Shown here one piece after another: positions 38,704 to 47,403 of a stretch of DNA of 64,000 nt; position 1 is the stretch's first letter, and every line of letters starts with the position of its first letter. Origin of the DNA: a virus. The notes under the pieces were generated by a model. That model searched no databases. It was not told the DNA's origin and saw nothing but the letters and a program-made list of their open reading frames with translations. The translations under genes were made by a program, and so were the position numbers. The stretch is taken from the IMG/VR virus record IMGVR_UViG_3300011115_000650. One strand, 5' to 3'.

Positions 38704-40146
38704 CTAATAAGTTAGTTTGTGTCTGATTTGTTTTTTAGGTATATCTTTTACTTCGATGAATTGGAAGCTTGGACGAGGTTTAAACGTTGTAAATGTCTCT
38801 TCTAGAGTCTCGATAACATTCTCACACATATGAGGTGATGTCATCTTGGCTTCAGAGGACATAACCCATTCTCTCCCTTTCATTCCCTTTGATTCTCTAA
38901 TGCTTTTAGGTAGGTTGTACACTTGTTCTATTGCTTGAGCTACCTCTCTAAAATCACATCTATCATCGAAAATATAAGGTGTAGGTACCGAACCTACTAG
39001 TGATAGATTTGAAGGGAAGACCGGTACCGCCCACTCACCACACTTCTTATAAGTACCGAAGTGATTGGAACAAAAGTTTTCGTCGAAGTCTATCCAATTA
39101 CCCTCCTCATCTTCAAACCTCATCTGATCTTGCATACCACCGGTTACGTTACCGATGATCATAGTACCTGTGATTAGAGATTCGGTTAGAGATAATCCCC
39201 ATCCTTCATTCGAAGATATCAAAGCAGTAACATCAGCTAGATTGTATAGGTAGTTCATCTCCTGTACCCCGTACACCTTATCGGTTATTACAACGTTACA
39301 GAGTTCTGGATCACATAATAGGTCTTTGACTGCAAGTAGATCGGTTCCATTCTCGTCTACCGGTTGGGTGTGTAGTAGTAGGACACATTTCTTAGCCTTC
39401 TCCTCACCAATCTTTTCACAAAACTGTCTATAAGCTAGTATTAGATCGGAGGTAGATTTCCTACGTATGTTTCTTGCATTATAAAATACTACATACTCGT
39501 AATCCTTCTCTCCGAATACAGTCTTTTTGAAGGCCGTAAACCGGTCGTTTTGTTCCTTATCTGTCTTATCGATAGGATAGAAGTGTTTTGGATTAATACC
39601 ATGTGGTATATACCTCAATACCTTCCCCTCTTGTTTAGGTCCTAGGACTAGCTTATTAATGTTTAGGGTCTGTTTTGAAATCGCCATCAAAGCATCACAA
39701 GATTCATAGTAGGGTTCATTATAGAGAGGTGCTGGTAGATCATCCCAGATGTTTAGATAGATCATCGGGATCTTTCTTCTAATCTCATTCTCCATCTGAA
39801 ACAACCATATCCAGTATCTTGGATCGGTGAAGAACATAATAGCATCTGGTTTCTCTATATCTATCAATTGACGGATAACTTCTGGAGAACCATACCCATT
39901 GTGTGGATACATGATGATTGAAGAATCTTCGATGTCGTTATGACCATTAGTGTCTAGGGAGAGATCTAGTCTCTTACCATGCTCGGGGTGATTAATGCCC
40001 GCTCCTAGATTAACCCAATTAAATCGGTGTGAGGTTCCGACCACGATCTCTCTTGCCATGGTAGCGATTCCAGATTGCATTCTGATATCGTCAGATAGTA
40101 ATAAGATCTTCTTACGTTGTTGTTGAGGTATGTACCCTGCTTTCAT
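38704..40146 (-). CDS. GT4-like (GT-B) glycosyltransferase
   Basis: SGIATM, RNIRRK, NEGWGLSLTES, TGGMQDQ. Confidence 0.85.
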   Translation of the reverse strand: MKAGYIPQQQRKKILLLSDDIRMQSGIATMAREIVVGTSHRFNWVNLGAGINHPEHGKRLDLSLDTNGHNDIEDSSIIMYPHNGYGSPEVIRQLIDIEKPDAIMFFTDPRYWIWLFQMENEIRRKIPMIYLNIWDDLPAPLYNEPYYESCDALMAISKQTLNINKLVLGPKQEGKVLRYIPHGINPKHFYPIDKTDKEQNDRFTAFKKTVFGEKDYEYVVFYNARNIRRKSTSDLILAYRQFCEKIGEEKAKKCVLLLHTQPVDENGTDLLAVKDLLCDPELCNVVITDKVYGVQEMNYLYNLADVTALISSNEGWGLSLTESLITGTMIIGNVTGGMQDQMRFEDEEGNWIDFDENFCSNHFGTYKKCGEWAVPVFPSNLSLVGSVPTPYIFDDRCDFREVAQAIEQVYNLPKSIRESKGMKGREWVMSSEAKMTSPHMCENVIETLEETFTTFKPRPSFQFIEVKDIPKKQIRHKLTY

Positions 40147-40183
40147 TTATGTGTAACTTTAGTTTAGTGTTGTAAGGGGGGTT

Positions 40184-40375
40184 TTAAATGCTACCGGTAT
40201 AATAGGTATTCAAAGTATTGTTGATCATAGACCTGAATTCAGGATCTGTGACATACAAGTACATCGACCTATCGGTTAGCTTTTGTAGGGATAGCTTTGT
40301 TCTTACACAAGCTACCTTAAAATCGTCAAATAGCTGTGTATTGACTTTTACCGAGGTTAGTTGTTGTTCTTTCAT
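40184..40375 (-). CDS. Small ribbon-helix-helix-like protein
   Basis: LTSVKV...LFDDFK..C...LSLQKL. Confidence 0.45.
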   Translation of the reverse strand: MKEQQLTSVKVNTQLFDDFKVACVRTKLSLQKLTDRSMYLYVTDPEFRSMINNTLNTYYTGSI

Positions 40376-40445
40376 TGTTAAATGTATTATCTATATTTAT
40401 AAATATATAGATGTACACCTAAACAACCTGCTTTCTTAAATAAAA

Positions 40446-41393
40446 TTATGATTCTTTTTTGACCGCTACCGGACCTTTATCACAGAATTCTGTATGGTTG
40501 AAGCTACAAAAATTGCAGAGCGGTCCAGGTTTAGCTTCATACTCCCTATCGGTCTTATACTTACCGTCTGGTGTGAAGACTTCGTTGATGAAGGCGATAA
40601 AATCTTCGTAAGCTTGTCTGAGTTTGATCTTACCGTTTGCGGGTTGGAATTGTTGGATCCTTGGTATTGGAAATTCTGCTGATTCGAATACCTTTCTCTT
40701 TACGATAAAAAATTCAACATGAATCTTCTCTTCCGGTACTCCGGTTAGTTCGGAGAAGAACTTCTTGTATAGTATGATTTGGTTTAGCTTGGTTTGATCC
40801 TTCTTCTCAAAATCTGACCAGCCTTTAGTAGAGGTTTTAATATCGTAGATTGTATATCTATCTAGGATACTATCGTAGAGTACAAAATCGATATGGCCTC
40901 TAAAGAAAACATTGTCTATCCCTGTATTAGCCTTTAAAATAACGGGGATCTCTATTCCTATTAGTTCTGTATCACGTTTGGTAAAATAACTGCTTCTCCT
41001 CTTTCTAAACCAGTTTAAGATAGTTATACCGTCTTGATAGAATTCTACTAATTCTTCAGGAGTGGAGAAGTGTACACCCTTACAATCTTTGACTGCTTTC
41101 TTGTACACCTCTCTAAATCTCTCCTTAAAGAAATCTTCTATATCGATTCTATCGGCTGCTGCTCCAGATTCTTCAAACATCGTCTTAAGGTATTCCTGTA
41201 ACGTTTCATGAATCGCAGTACCAAAGGTAGTATGAATGGAAGGCTTGAAATCCTGCTTCTTCATAATATAGTTCAAAGACCACTGATGAGGACAGTGACG
41301 GTAGGCAGAGTATTGGCTATAAGATACAGTCTTCTGAAATCTATAATCTACCTCTACCTTTGGTATCTTGATTCGGTTAGTTTTTTTGGCCAT
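40446..41393 (-). CDS. PD-(D/E)XK Cas4/AddB-like exonuclease
   Basis: SYSQ..Y..CP, FGTAIH, GHID, IYDIKTS, Q..LY, C-terminal CNFC...C. Confidence 0.85.
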   Translation of the reverse strand: MAKKTNRIKIPKVEVDYRFQKTVSYSQYSAYRHCPHQWSLNYIMKKQDFKPSIHTTFGTAIHETLQEYLKTMFEESGAAADRIDIEDFFKERFREVYKKAVKDCKGVHFSTPEELVEFYQDGITILNWFRKRRSSYFTKRDTELIGIEIPVILKANTGIDNVFFRGHIDFVLYDSILDRYTIYDIKTSTKGWSDFEKKDQTKLNQIILYKKFFSELTGVPEEKIHVEFFIVKRKVFESAEFPIPRIQQFQPANGKIKLRQAYEDFIAFINEVFTPDGKYKTDREYEAKPGPLCNFCSFNHTEFCDKGPVAVKKES

Positions 41394-41953
41394 ACAGTCG
41401 TCTTATAATGTCTCCTAATTCTCTATCGTTAGGTGTTTTTGTAACTAGGTCTTGGATTGTGTTTAGGGTCGTGATTTCCTTTTTAAGGTATTGAGCCAGA
41501 TCGAGGGCTTCTTCATAGGCATGCTGTAACATATTCTGATGATTATTATCACCTAATGTAGTACCGTACTTAAGTAGCCCTCTATCTGCTCTCGATTTTA
41601 GATCCTCCATCACCGACGTTGTAATAGGGTCTTTTGGTTTTTCTATATAGCTGTTATCCATTATAATGGTTTGATGAGAGGGGCTAGAGGTATCTAAACC
41701 TTGCCCCTATTTTTAGAATTGTTTCTTCTTCTTCCTGGGTCAGTTGATTCCATCTACCAGATATACTTGATAGGTGTTCTTCAAATATCTTCTCACCGGC
41801 AGACATTCTAGAATGATCTACAAAGTTTTTCATTTCCAGGTCTCCGTTTTCTATTAAAGCTTCTATTAGCTTTTTAATATCCTCTGAATCGCATTCGTAT
41901 AGAAAATCATCTACGTCTATTTCTAGATCTTCGTTTACATCAAATCTTGGCAT
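41377..41953 (-). CDS. Two hypothetical proteins (41377-41661 with GLLKYGTTL..LQHAYEEALD; 41684-41953 acidic)
   Basis: ORF track; operonic spacing. Confidence 0.6.
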
Positions 41954-41956
41954 AAA

Positions 41957-43033
41957 TTAGTTTTTAGTTGGGATTAAACATTGAACACCGTACTCATCTG
42001 CTTTGATTTCCCACTTAAAATCAGATGTTAAGTAAAATGCTTTACCGCCGTATTTTCCATTCTCTCTTACATCAATTAATTCTCTACAGCTTTTTCTAAA
42101 TAATTTTACATCTTCAATCCATTCATTCATATTAACCTCTTTTGATTCTAGGGGTTGATAGAAATACTTTAGTAGTAACTTAGTTTGGTCTGAATCTGCT
42201 TCTTTAAATGCTTCAATAAGTAAATCATTCGGTACAAAAATAGATTCATCGAAGATATTCTCTTTTAACTTGTCTTCGATTACAGCCTGCCACTTACTAC
42301 ATACGTGACTGTGGACTGTTTTTAAATCGCTTCTTGAGATTGATTGTTGTGTTAATTCTGCTATTGGCATATTTGTTGGTTTAATTTCTTCAGTTGGAGG
42401 TACAAATCCTTCTGGCATAAGTTTGTAGTTTATGTTTAAGTAACTCTTTTTTAAAGCTTCAGAACAGCAATAACCTACGTGAGAAGGAAAGTTTGCTTGT
42501 GAATGATTTATAATTAAACCATATTCTCCTTTTTTAACGTTTCCTCCATTTGGAAAATCTACTAAAGCTTGAATATACCTGCCTATATGACTAGAAAGAA
42601 TATCATAGTACTTAATTTGTTCAGGGATTATTTCCGCCCATCCTCCCCTATCTGCATCGTAAATACATCCGCATCCTTTTGCTCTTCCATACCATCTAAT
42701 AGTATCCCACTCGTCTAATCTAATTTCATCTAAAGAAACAATTGGACCTCCACCACAATCATGTAAACATTTGAATTTAGTACCTACTGGGTATAATCGT
42801 CTAGCTTGTTCTAGTAATGATTCTTTTCTTCTTTCAGATTCAAATAATATCCATGTACCTTCTTTAAAGAATTGACGTACGTCATCTGAAGGGTAGCTGG
42901 TAGAGCCTTTGTCACGAAGTTCCCATTTCATATGAACTCTACCTTCTTCTACTTTAGTAATAGTGTAGATAGTCTCCTTATTAGTATAGTGGTAAAATCT
43001 CTTTCCAACTAAATTGCCTGTTAATGTATTCAT
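41957..43033 (-). CDS. Mosaic multidomain protein ('LLEQARRLYP' and 'VCSKWQ' domains)
   Basis: Domains shared with 23701 and 20217. Confidence 0.7.
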   Translation of the reverse strand: MNTLTGNLVGKRFYHYTNKETIYTITKVEEGRVHMKWELRDKGSTSYPSDDVRQFFKEGTWILFESERRKESLLEQARRLYPVGTKFKCLHDCGGGPIVSLDEIRLDEWDTIRWYGRAKGCGCIYDADRGGWAEIIPEQIKYYDILSSHIGRYIQALVDFPNGGNVKKGEYGLIINHSQANFPSHVGYCCSEALKKSYLNINYKLMPEGFVPPTEEIKPTNMPIAELTQQSISRSDLKTVHSHVCSKWQAVIEDKLKENIFDESIFVPNDLLIEAFKEADSDQTKLLLKYFYQPLESKEVNMNEWIEDVKLFRKSCRELIDVRENGKYGGKAFYLTSDFKWEIKADEYGVQCLIPTKN

Positions 43034-43161
43034 AACGTTTTTATTTTTTAAATACTGATGCGATTAATTTTTCTATTGCTTGATAGTCTATTTCCATAAC
43101 TATTTGTTTATATACTATAACTAAAGATAAGAACTGTTCTTCATATAACCAACTTTTTTTT

Positions 43162-43440
43162 CTAAGCTTCACCTTTTATATGAGAGTAGTATTGAGTGAA
43201 AACTTCCACCCCCGGAGAATCTTTTACCAGATAATCTATAACTTTGGCATGAGAGGCAATTACTTCAGACGACTCATTAGCATACTTAATCAAATTAATG
43301 ATATCGGTATTTTGAGTATGCTGTTCTTTGTCTAAGAGGTTTACTACCTTGGTTAGACTCTGTAATTGAAAACTCAATGCAATACTGTAACATAACGAGA
43401 ATAATGTTACGATTGAAAGTATGATTATAGCTGTTATCAT
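43162..43440 (-). CDS. Membrane-anchored hypothetical protein
   Basis: Probable start MITAIIILS (track start 43533 overlaps the upstream gene). Confidence 0.5.
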   Translation of the reverse strand: MITAIIILSIVTLFSLCYSIALSFQLQSLTKVVNLLDKEQHTQNTDIINLIKYANESSEVIASHAKVIDYLVKDSPGVEVFTQYYSHIKGEA

Positions 43441-43469
43441 ATATGATTTTATATTTTGAAGATATGTTA

Positions 43470-43709
43470 TTACCCTTTTTCTTCCACAGTACGTAACTGT
43501 TCTGGGATAAACTCCTGGTTGACTGCACCGCATTTAGAACAAGCAAAGATTGGAATTGGTACTACAGCATCTTGGGTGGTACCGGTTAGAAACTTAGAGG
43601 CTTTTCTTAGTAGCACTCCTTGAATGAAGACTTGGTTCTGACATTCATCACATTCAAAGGCAACGGTCTTGTTTAGAGATACGTTTAGTTTAGGGGTTTG
43701 TTGTTGCAT
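43470..43709 (-). CDS. Zn-ribbon protein
   Basis: CDEC...CSKCG. Confidence 0.65.
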   Translation of the reverse strand: MQQQTPKLNVSLNKTVAFECDECQNQVFIQGVLLRKASKFLTGTTQDAVVPIPIFACSKCGAVNQEFIPEQLRTVEEKG

Positions 43710-43825
43710 ATTTATTCTGTTTATATAATAAAGATAAGTTATATCTTACAGACTAGCAACTATTAGACATAAAAAATCCCCTTATAAAAAAGGGGAAATT
43801 AATTTATAGTGTAGGTAGAATTTCT

Positions 43826-44038
43826 TTAAACCGTAGGTACATCCTCGGCAAAGAAGTTAGATAGAAACTTAGCCAGTCCAGCTACAATCAACACCCCTAC
43901 AGCAATATTTTTATAATCACTAGCAAAGCTGATAGTTGATACCGTCATCGCACCTGCTAGTAGAGCATCTGCAGTACGGCGTATTCCCTTTGGTGTTGGT
44001 TTCCAGTAATAGAACCATCCGAATTTTATTTTGTTCAT
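43826..44038 (-). CDS. Small 2-TM protein, holin-like
   Basis: YWKPTPK..R..D followed by two TM helices; late-type motif upstream and terminator at ~43770-43797. Confidence 0.5.
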   Translation of the reverse strand: MNKIKFGWFYYWKPTPKGIRRTADALLAGAMTVSTISFASDYKNIAVGVLIVAGLAKFLSNFFAEDVPTV

Positions 44039-44065
44039 AGTAAGTCTATTTACAATAAATAGTAC

Positions 44066-44094
44066 AAAAAAAGGTAACCATTACTGATTACCTT
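44066..44094 (-). terminator. Intrinsic terminator closing the RNA-gene transcript
   Basis: AGGTAATCA-GTAA-TGGTTACCT followed by a T run. Confidence 0.75.
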
Positions 44095-44116
44095 CTAGTG
44101 GAGACTTACAATAGGG

Positions 44117-44734
44117 CTACTTTACTTTTTTACCTCTTACCCATCCTTCAGGTACTGGATCATCTTTTGTTATCTTTCTAACCTCTACTCCATTTGTGAT
44201 GTATCTTACACCGTACTGAGAGTTTAACACTCCTTTCTGTTTTAAAGCGTTTGCTAATCCGATTTTCTTTTTCGTCTCTTCTCTATGCTTCCTACCTATC
44301 CAGTTTGGTACTGTAGGTTTACGAGTTCCACTTTCGTAAAGCTTTTTATTTCTTTCACTACATATTTTGGAAAACTTTTCTTTGAAGACCGGGTCTTTTA
44401 GTTTCTCTTTAAACCCTCGAGTAGCAGCTAAGTGTGCTCCACCTACACCTCCTGTTTTTAAATTCATACAGTTGAGATCTTTCATTAGATCGTCATTAAC
44501 AAGTTCTTTCTCTCTCTCAGCTAACTCCTCACGAGTGCTATAATACTCTAAAATTTCACATTTAAAATTAGATTTACCGTGCTTTCTAATAGCTCTTCTT
44601 AATCTTGTACCACTTCCAAGATAACCATCTTTTAAATTTGAAGTAGAATGCATTCCTACATAATACTCTCCGTTTAAAAGATTGGTTGTCTTGTAGATGA
44701 AGTGATGTTTTTTACTTTCATTGATGTTTGCCAT
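44117..44734 (-). CDS. GIY-YIG (Seg-like) homing endonuclease
   Basis: FIYKTTN..NG.YYVGMH...DGYLGSG, CMNLKTGG.GG, NUMOD3-like HREETKKKI; start MANINE follows a late-type motif. Confidence 0.85.
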   Translation of the reverse strand: MANINESKKHHFIYKTTNLLNGEYYVGMHSTSNLKDGYLGSGTRLRRAIRKHGKSNFKCEILEYYSTREELAEREKELVNDDLMKDLNCMNLKTGGVGGAHLAATRGFKEKLKDPVFKEKFSKICSERNKKLYESGTRKPTVPNWIGRKHREETKKKIGLANALKQKGVLNSQYGVRYITNGVEVRKITKDDPVPEGWVRGKKVK

Positions 44735-44743
44735 ATCTATCTT

Positions 44744-44758
44744 TATAATAAATAGTAC
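44744..44758 (-). promoter_or_regulatory. Representative late-type promoter motif (C/A)TATTTAT(T/A)
   Basis: Recurs shortly upstream of starts at ~775, 8350, 22192, 23377, 26716, 40400, 44056, 44750, 56961, 60217, 63198 and 63956. Confidence 0.6.
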
Positions 44759-44779
44759 AAAAGTCAAAAAAGTGCCCGA

Positions 44780-45326
44780 GGAGATGACGGGAGTCGAACC
44801 CGTGTCTTGATATGGAAACGTAACACCAACGTCTCACACGCTTAGCTACTCTGTTCTACTCAGAAGCAGGAGGTAGATCTAGGGTGGAATGCTTATCTCA
44901 GCAGCAGACGTACGAAACGTTCCCTTGATTAGTAATGGGACTGTAGTGGTAGCTACAGTAGGTCCACCACTTGGTTGATTCGGGTTCAACCAAGAAAACC
45001 TTTAGAGATCACCTACCAAAGGTAAATGATTAACTCAACCGCCCCGATTACACACATTCTTGACGGGGATCATTCCAACATTGTGACCACTTTACGGTAG
45101 TTGGATATGCAAATTTTGTAACTATTCTGTTCCAAGGTCAGTCACCAACCTGAAGATTACGCTGCTACAGCAACTGACTCGAAAGCCATGTTGATGATAG
45201 ATGCACCGATTTCTTGACGAGATGTTTTTTCTGCGTTTATTGTTTTACAAGTATTTAAGGACGTTCATGCTTTGTCCGCGTGTGGTGCTACCCTTCTGCA
45301 TACCAATCAAATGCCAGGACATCCCC
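44780..45326 (-). ncRNA. ssrA: tmRNA (~547 nt)
   Basis: 5' GGGGATG pairs with 3' CATCTCC including G3.U; T arm ACGGG-TTCGACT-CCCGT; tag ORF 45157-45234 AEKTSRQEIGASIINMAFESVAVAA*. Confidence 0.9.
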
Positions 45327-45338
45327 ATATTATTTTAG

Positions 45339-45437
45339 TAGTCAGGACAGGATTCGAACCTGTATGAAATATCTTAGGCATGTTTCTTCGCGTTTAATAC
45401 TTCTCACCGTGTGCGTCTACCATTCCGCCACCTGACT
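45339..45437 (-). ncRNA. tRNA-like RNA, same scaffold as 9351-9440 with a different core
   Basis: AGTCAGG/CCTGACT+A, GGCGGAATGGTAGACGC, ACAGGTTCGAATCCTGT; no canonical anticodon stem. Confidence 0.7.
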
Positions 45438-45499
45438 ATTTAGACTTCTAAAACCCATCTCTTATCGAGGTAAGGAAACTTAGTCCAATGTTTTTTGCG

Positions 45500-45576
45500 T
45501 AGTCAGAGCCGGACTCGAACCGGATAAGTAACCATTACTGGATTCGGAACCCGTTCCTCATTACACCCATCTGACT
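45500..45576 (-). ncRNA. Degenerate tRNA-like RNA (possible CCG loop)
   Basis: Acceptor AGTCAGA/TCTGACT+A, T arm CCGG-TTCGAGT-CCGG; abnormal D arm. Confidence 0.5.
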
Positions 45577-45694
45577 ATCATTAAAAGGTAATGGAAGTTC
45601 CTCGACCTCTTCCTAAGTTCAGTACCTTTGTGCCCTGCCCTTTGTTTTACACCTCTTTAAATAAATATAAGTACTTTACTTCGACTTTCCAACT

Positions 45695-46117
45695 TTAGTC
45701 TACAATAGTTTCCATTGTATGTGGTACAATCCATCTAATACAGTCCTGAGGTAATCTATTGATGTGTTTGTAGTTATTAATGTATCCCATCATATTAGCC
45801 GACCCTATTGCATTAGCACTATGTACTTTAACAGTTACTACCGGTTTGCCTTCTAACCATTGATCAACTAACCACTTAGTACAGTCCATACCTGTCTTCT
45901 CAGTTATGTTATCATAGTCTAGAGTGTAGTTGTGATAGACATTTGTATGCCATTCCTTCATTGCACTATCTCCTAAATCATGATCTAGTGAAATTAGTTC
46001 GATATTTTCTAGTCCTATCTCGTTGATAGTATCTACAAATTCATCGTAATTACGAACCACAATCCACTCTTGATCGATTGGTGTTCTTAGATCGTCTAAG
46101 TATATTAACTTTTTCAT
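45695..46117 (-). CDS. Receiver-like 'cyclic-phosphate processing' domain protein
   Basis: IYLDDLR.P, W..VRNY.EF, ISLDHDLG, TG.D...WL, VHSAN..G. Confidence 0.65.
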   Translation of the reverse strand: MKKLIYLDDLRTPIDQEWIVVRNYDEFVDTINEIGLENIELISLDHDLGDSAMKEWHTNVYHNYTLDYDNITEKTGMDCTKWLVDQWLEGKPVVTVKVHSANAIGSANMMGYINNYKHINRLPQDCIRWIVPHTMETIVD

Positions 46118-46120
46118 ATG

Positions 46121-46202
46121 TACCTCTGGTAGGACTCGAACCTACAATGTCTGTGACTCCTGATCCTAAATCAGGCGGCTATACCAATTCGCCTACAGAG
46201 GC
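46121..46202 (-). tRNA. tRNA-Leu (anticodon TAG)
   Basis: CCTGA-TTTAGGA-TCAGG, long variable arm, GTAGGTTCGAGTCCTAC. Confidence 0.85.
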
Positions 46203-46328
46203 AATTTACAACTTTTAACAGGTCAGTATGAGTTGCCAACATATCCAGTTTACGATCTGGCTCTCTAGTGTGCTTCGATATTGAGAGGCTGAGAGGAACT
46301 ACGACCTTGTGGCCTGCAAGGTACATCG

Positions 46329-46400
<72 letters not shown>

Positions 46401-46525
46401 ATCTAATAAGGCAACCTGCTATTTACTAAACCTTATAAAAGGCTTAGCTTTACCTCCTACCCTTGGTTAGCTACTCCAAAGTTTAGATATAGGATGCAGG
46501 TGGATCTGACTCCAGGTATAATGTG

Positions 46526-46600
46526 TACAGTATACGGGATTCGAACCCGTGATCTTTTCCGTGAAAGGGAAACGACTTAAGCCGACTTGTCCAATACTGC
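46526..46600 (-). tRNA. tRNA-Glu (TTC)
   Basis: TTTCC-CTTTCAC-GGAAA; acceptor GCAGTAT/ATACTGT. Confidence 0.85.
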
Positions 46601-46606
46601 ATTAGG

Positions 46607-46678
46607 AGCTATGAGCCATCCCGAGTAGGCGCCTCCGGTACTAAATGACCGGGTTCTTCCATGTTAAACTATCATAGC
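46607..46678 (-). ncRNA. Degenerate cloverleaf (tRNA-like)
   Basis: GCTATGA/TCATAGC stem, D-like arm, CCGGT-8nt-ACCGG arm, abnormal T arm. Confidence 0.4.
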
Positions 46679-46684
46679 CTGTTA

Positions 46685-46873
46685 TTAATACTTATTAGCA
46701 CTACCTACACATCTATTGAATGCACTCTCTGCTTCTGAGATATTACTGTAGGTATATTTTGGGTTGGTGTTATGTCCACTTACCGAGAAATTATTTAACT
46801 TCTTAGTAACCGGATTTACTTCCGCCCATAGATTGTGTCCGCTCTTTTTTAGGATTAGCACTTTGTTATTCAT
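46685..46873 (-). CDS. Hypothetical protein within the tRNA cluster
   Basis: Own promoter repeat at ~46892-46928. Confidence 0.55.
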   Translation of the reverse strand: MNNKVLILKKSGHNLWAEVNPVTKKLNNFSVSGHNTNPKYTYSNISEAESAFNRCVGSANKY

Positions 46874-46942
46874 GTTGTTTTCTTTTTATATAGTAAAGAT
46901 AAGTAATTTAATTCAATCGACCAACTTTATATTCTTGAATTG

Positions 46943-47024
46943 TTCCGCCGAGAGGACTCGAACCTCTGAACCCGTTAGGGAGGGGATTTACAGTCCCCTG
47001 CAATTGCCACTATGCGACGTCGGA
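46943..47024 (-). tRNA. tRNA-Tyr (GTA)
   Basis: GGGGA-CTGTAAA-TCCCC, long variable arm, one acceptor-stem mismatch. Confidence 0.8.
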
Positions 47025-47128
47025 ATTTTAATTTAAAAAACAATCTTATAAACCTCCTTTAAGGTGTCTTTCAGATACCCAGGCATGGAGCCAGGGCGTT
47101 GTTTGCCTCTGAACAGCTTTTTGTATTG

Positions 47129-47199
47129 TTACCGCAAATGGATTCGAACCAATACTGACAGAACCAAAAACTGGAGTGCTACCATTACACTATGCGGCA
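47129..47199 (-). tRNA. tRNA-Gln (TTG), with stem mismatches
   Basis: TGCCGCA/TGCGGTA acceptor, loop TTTTGGT, GGTTCGAATCC. Confidence 0.7.
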
Positions 47200-47275
47200 G
47201 TATCTAGTAGCTTGATATCTGATCAAGGCCATGTCTTAGTAACCTTTTACGGTCTTCCGATCTCCTACTAGTTTG

Positions 47276-47347
47276 CACCGAGTCAGGGAATCGAACCCAT
47301 GTCCATGTAAGGTTTTGGAGGCCCACCGCTTCCTTAAGCTACCCGGC
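47276..47347 (-). tRNA. Atypical tRNA-Trp (CCA)
   Basis: Loop CTCCAAA, G discriminator, short D arm, GGGTTCGATTCCC. Confidence 0.55.
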
Positions 47348-47403
47348 ATTTATCTATGTATATATATTAAATATAAGAACTTTCTTTTGACTTTCCAACT
47401 TTT

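Noticed and set aside
38704-46202. Genome-wide TAG recoding or a suppressor tRNA
   Set aside because: Conserved genes are unbroken in the standard code and several end properly at TAG (e.g. thyA); the tRNA with anticodon TAG is ordinary Leu, not a CTA suppressor
47040-47125. c-di-GMP riboswitch or HDV-like ribozyme in a tRNA spacer
   Set aside because: Only GGCAAAC and a GAAA loop match; I could not build the remaining helices by eye
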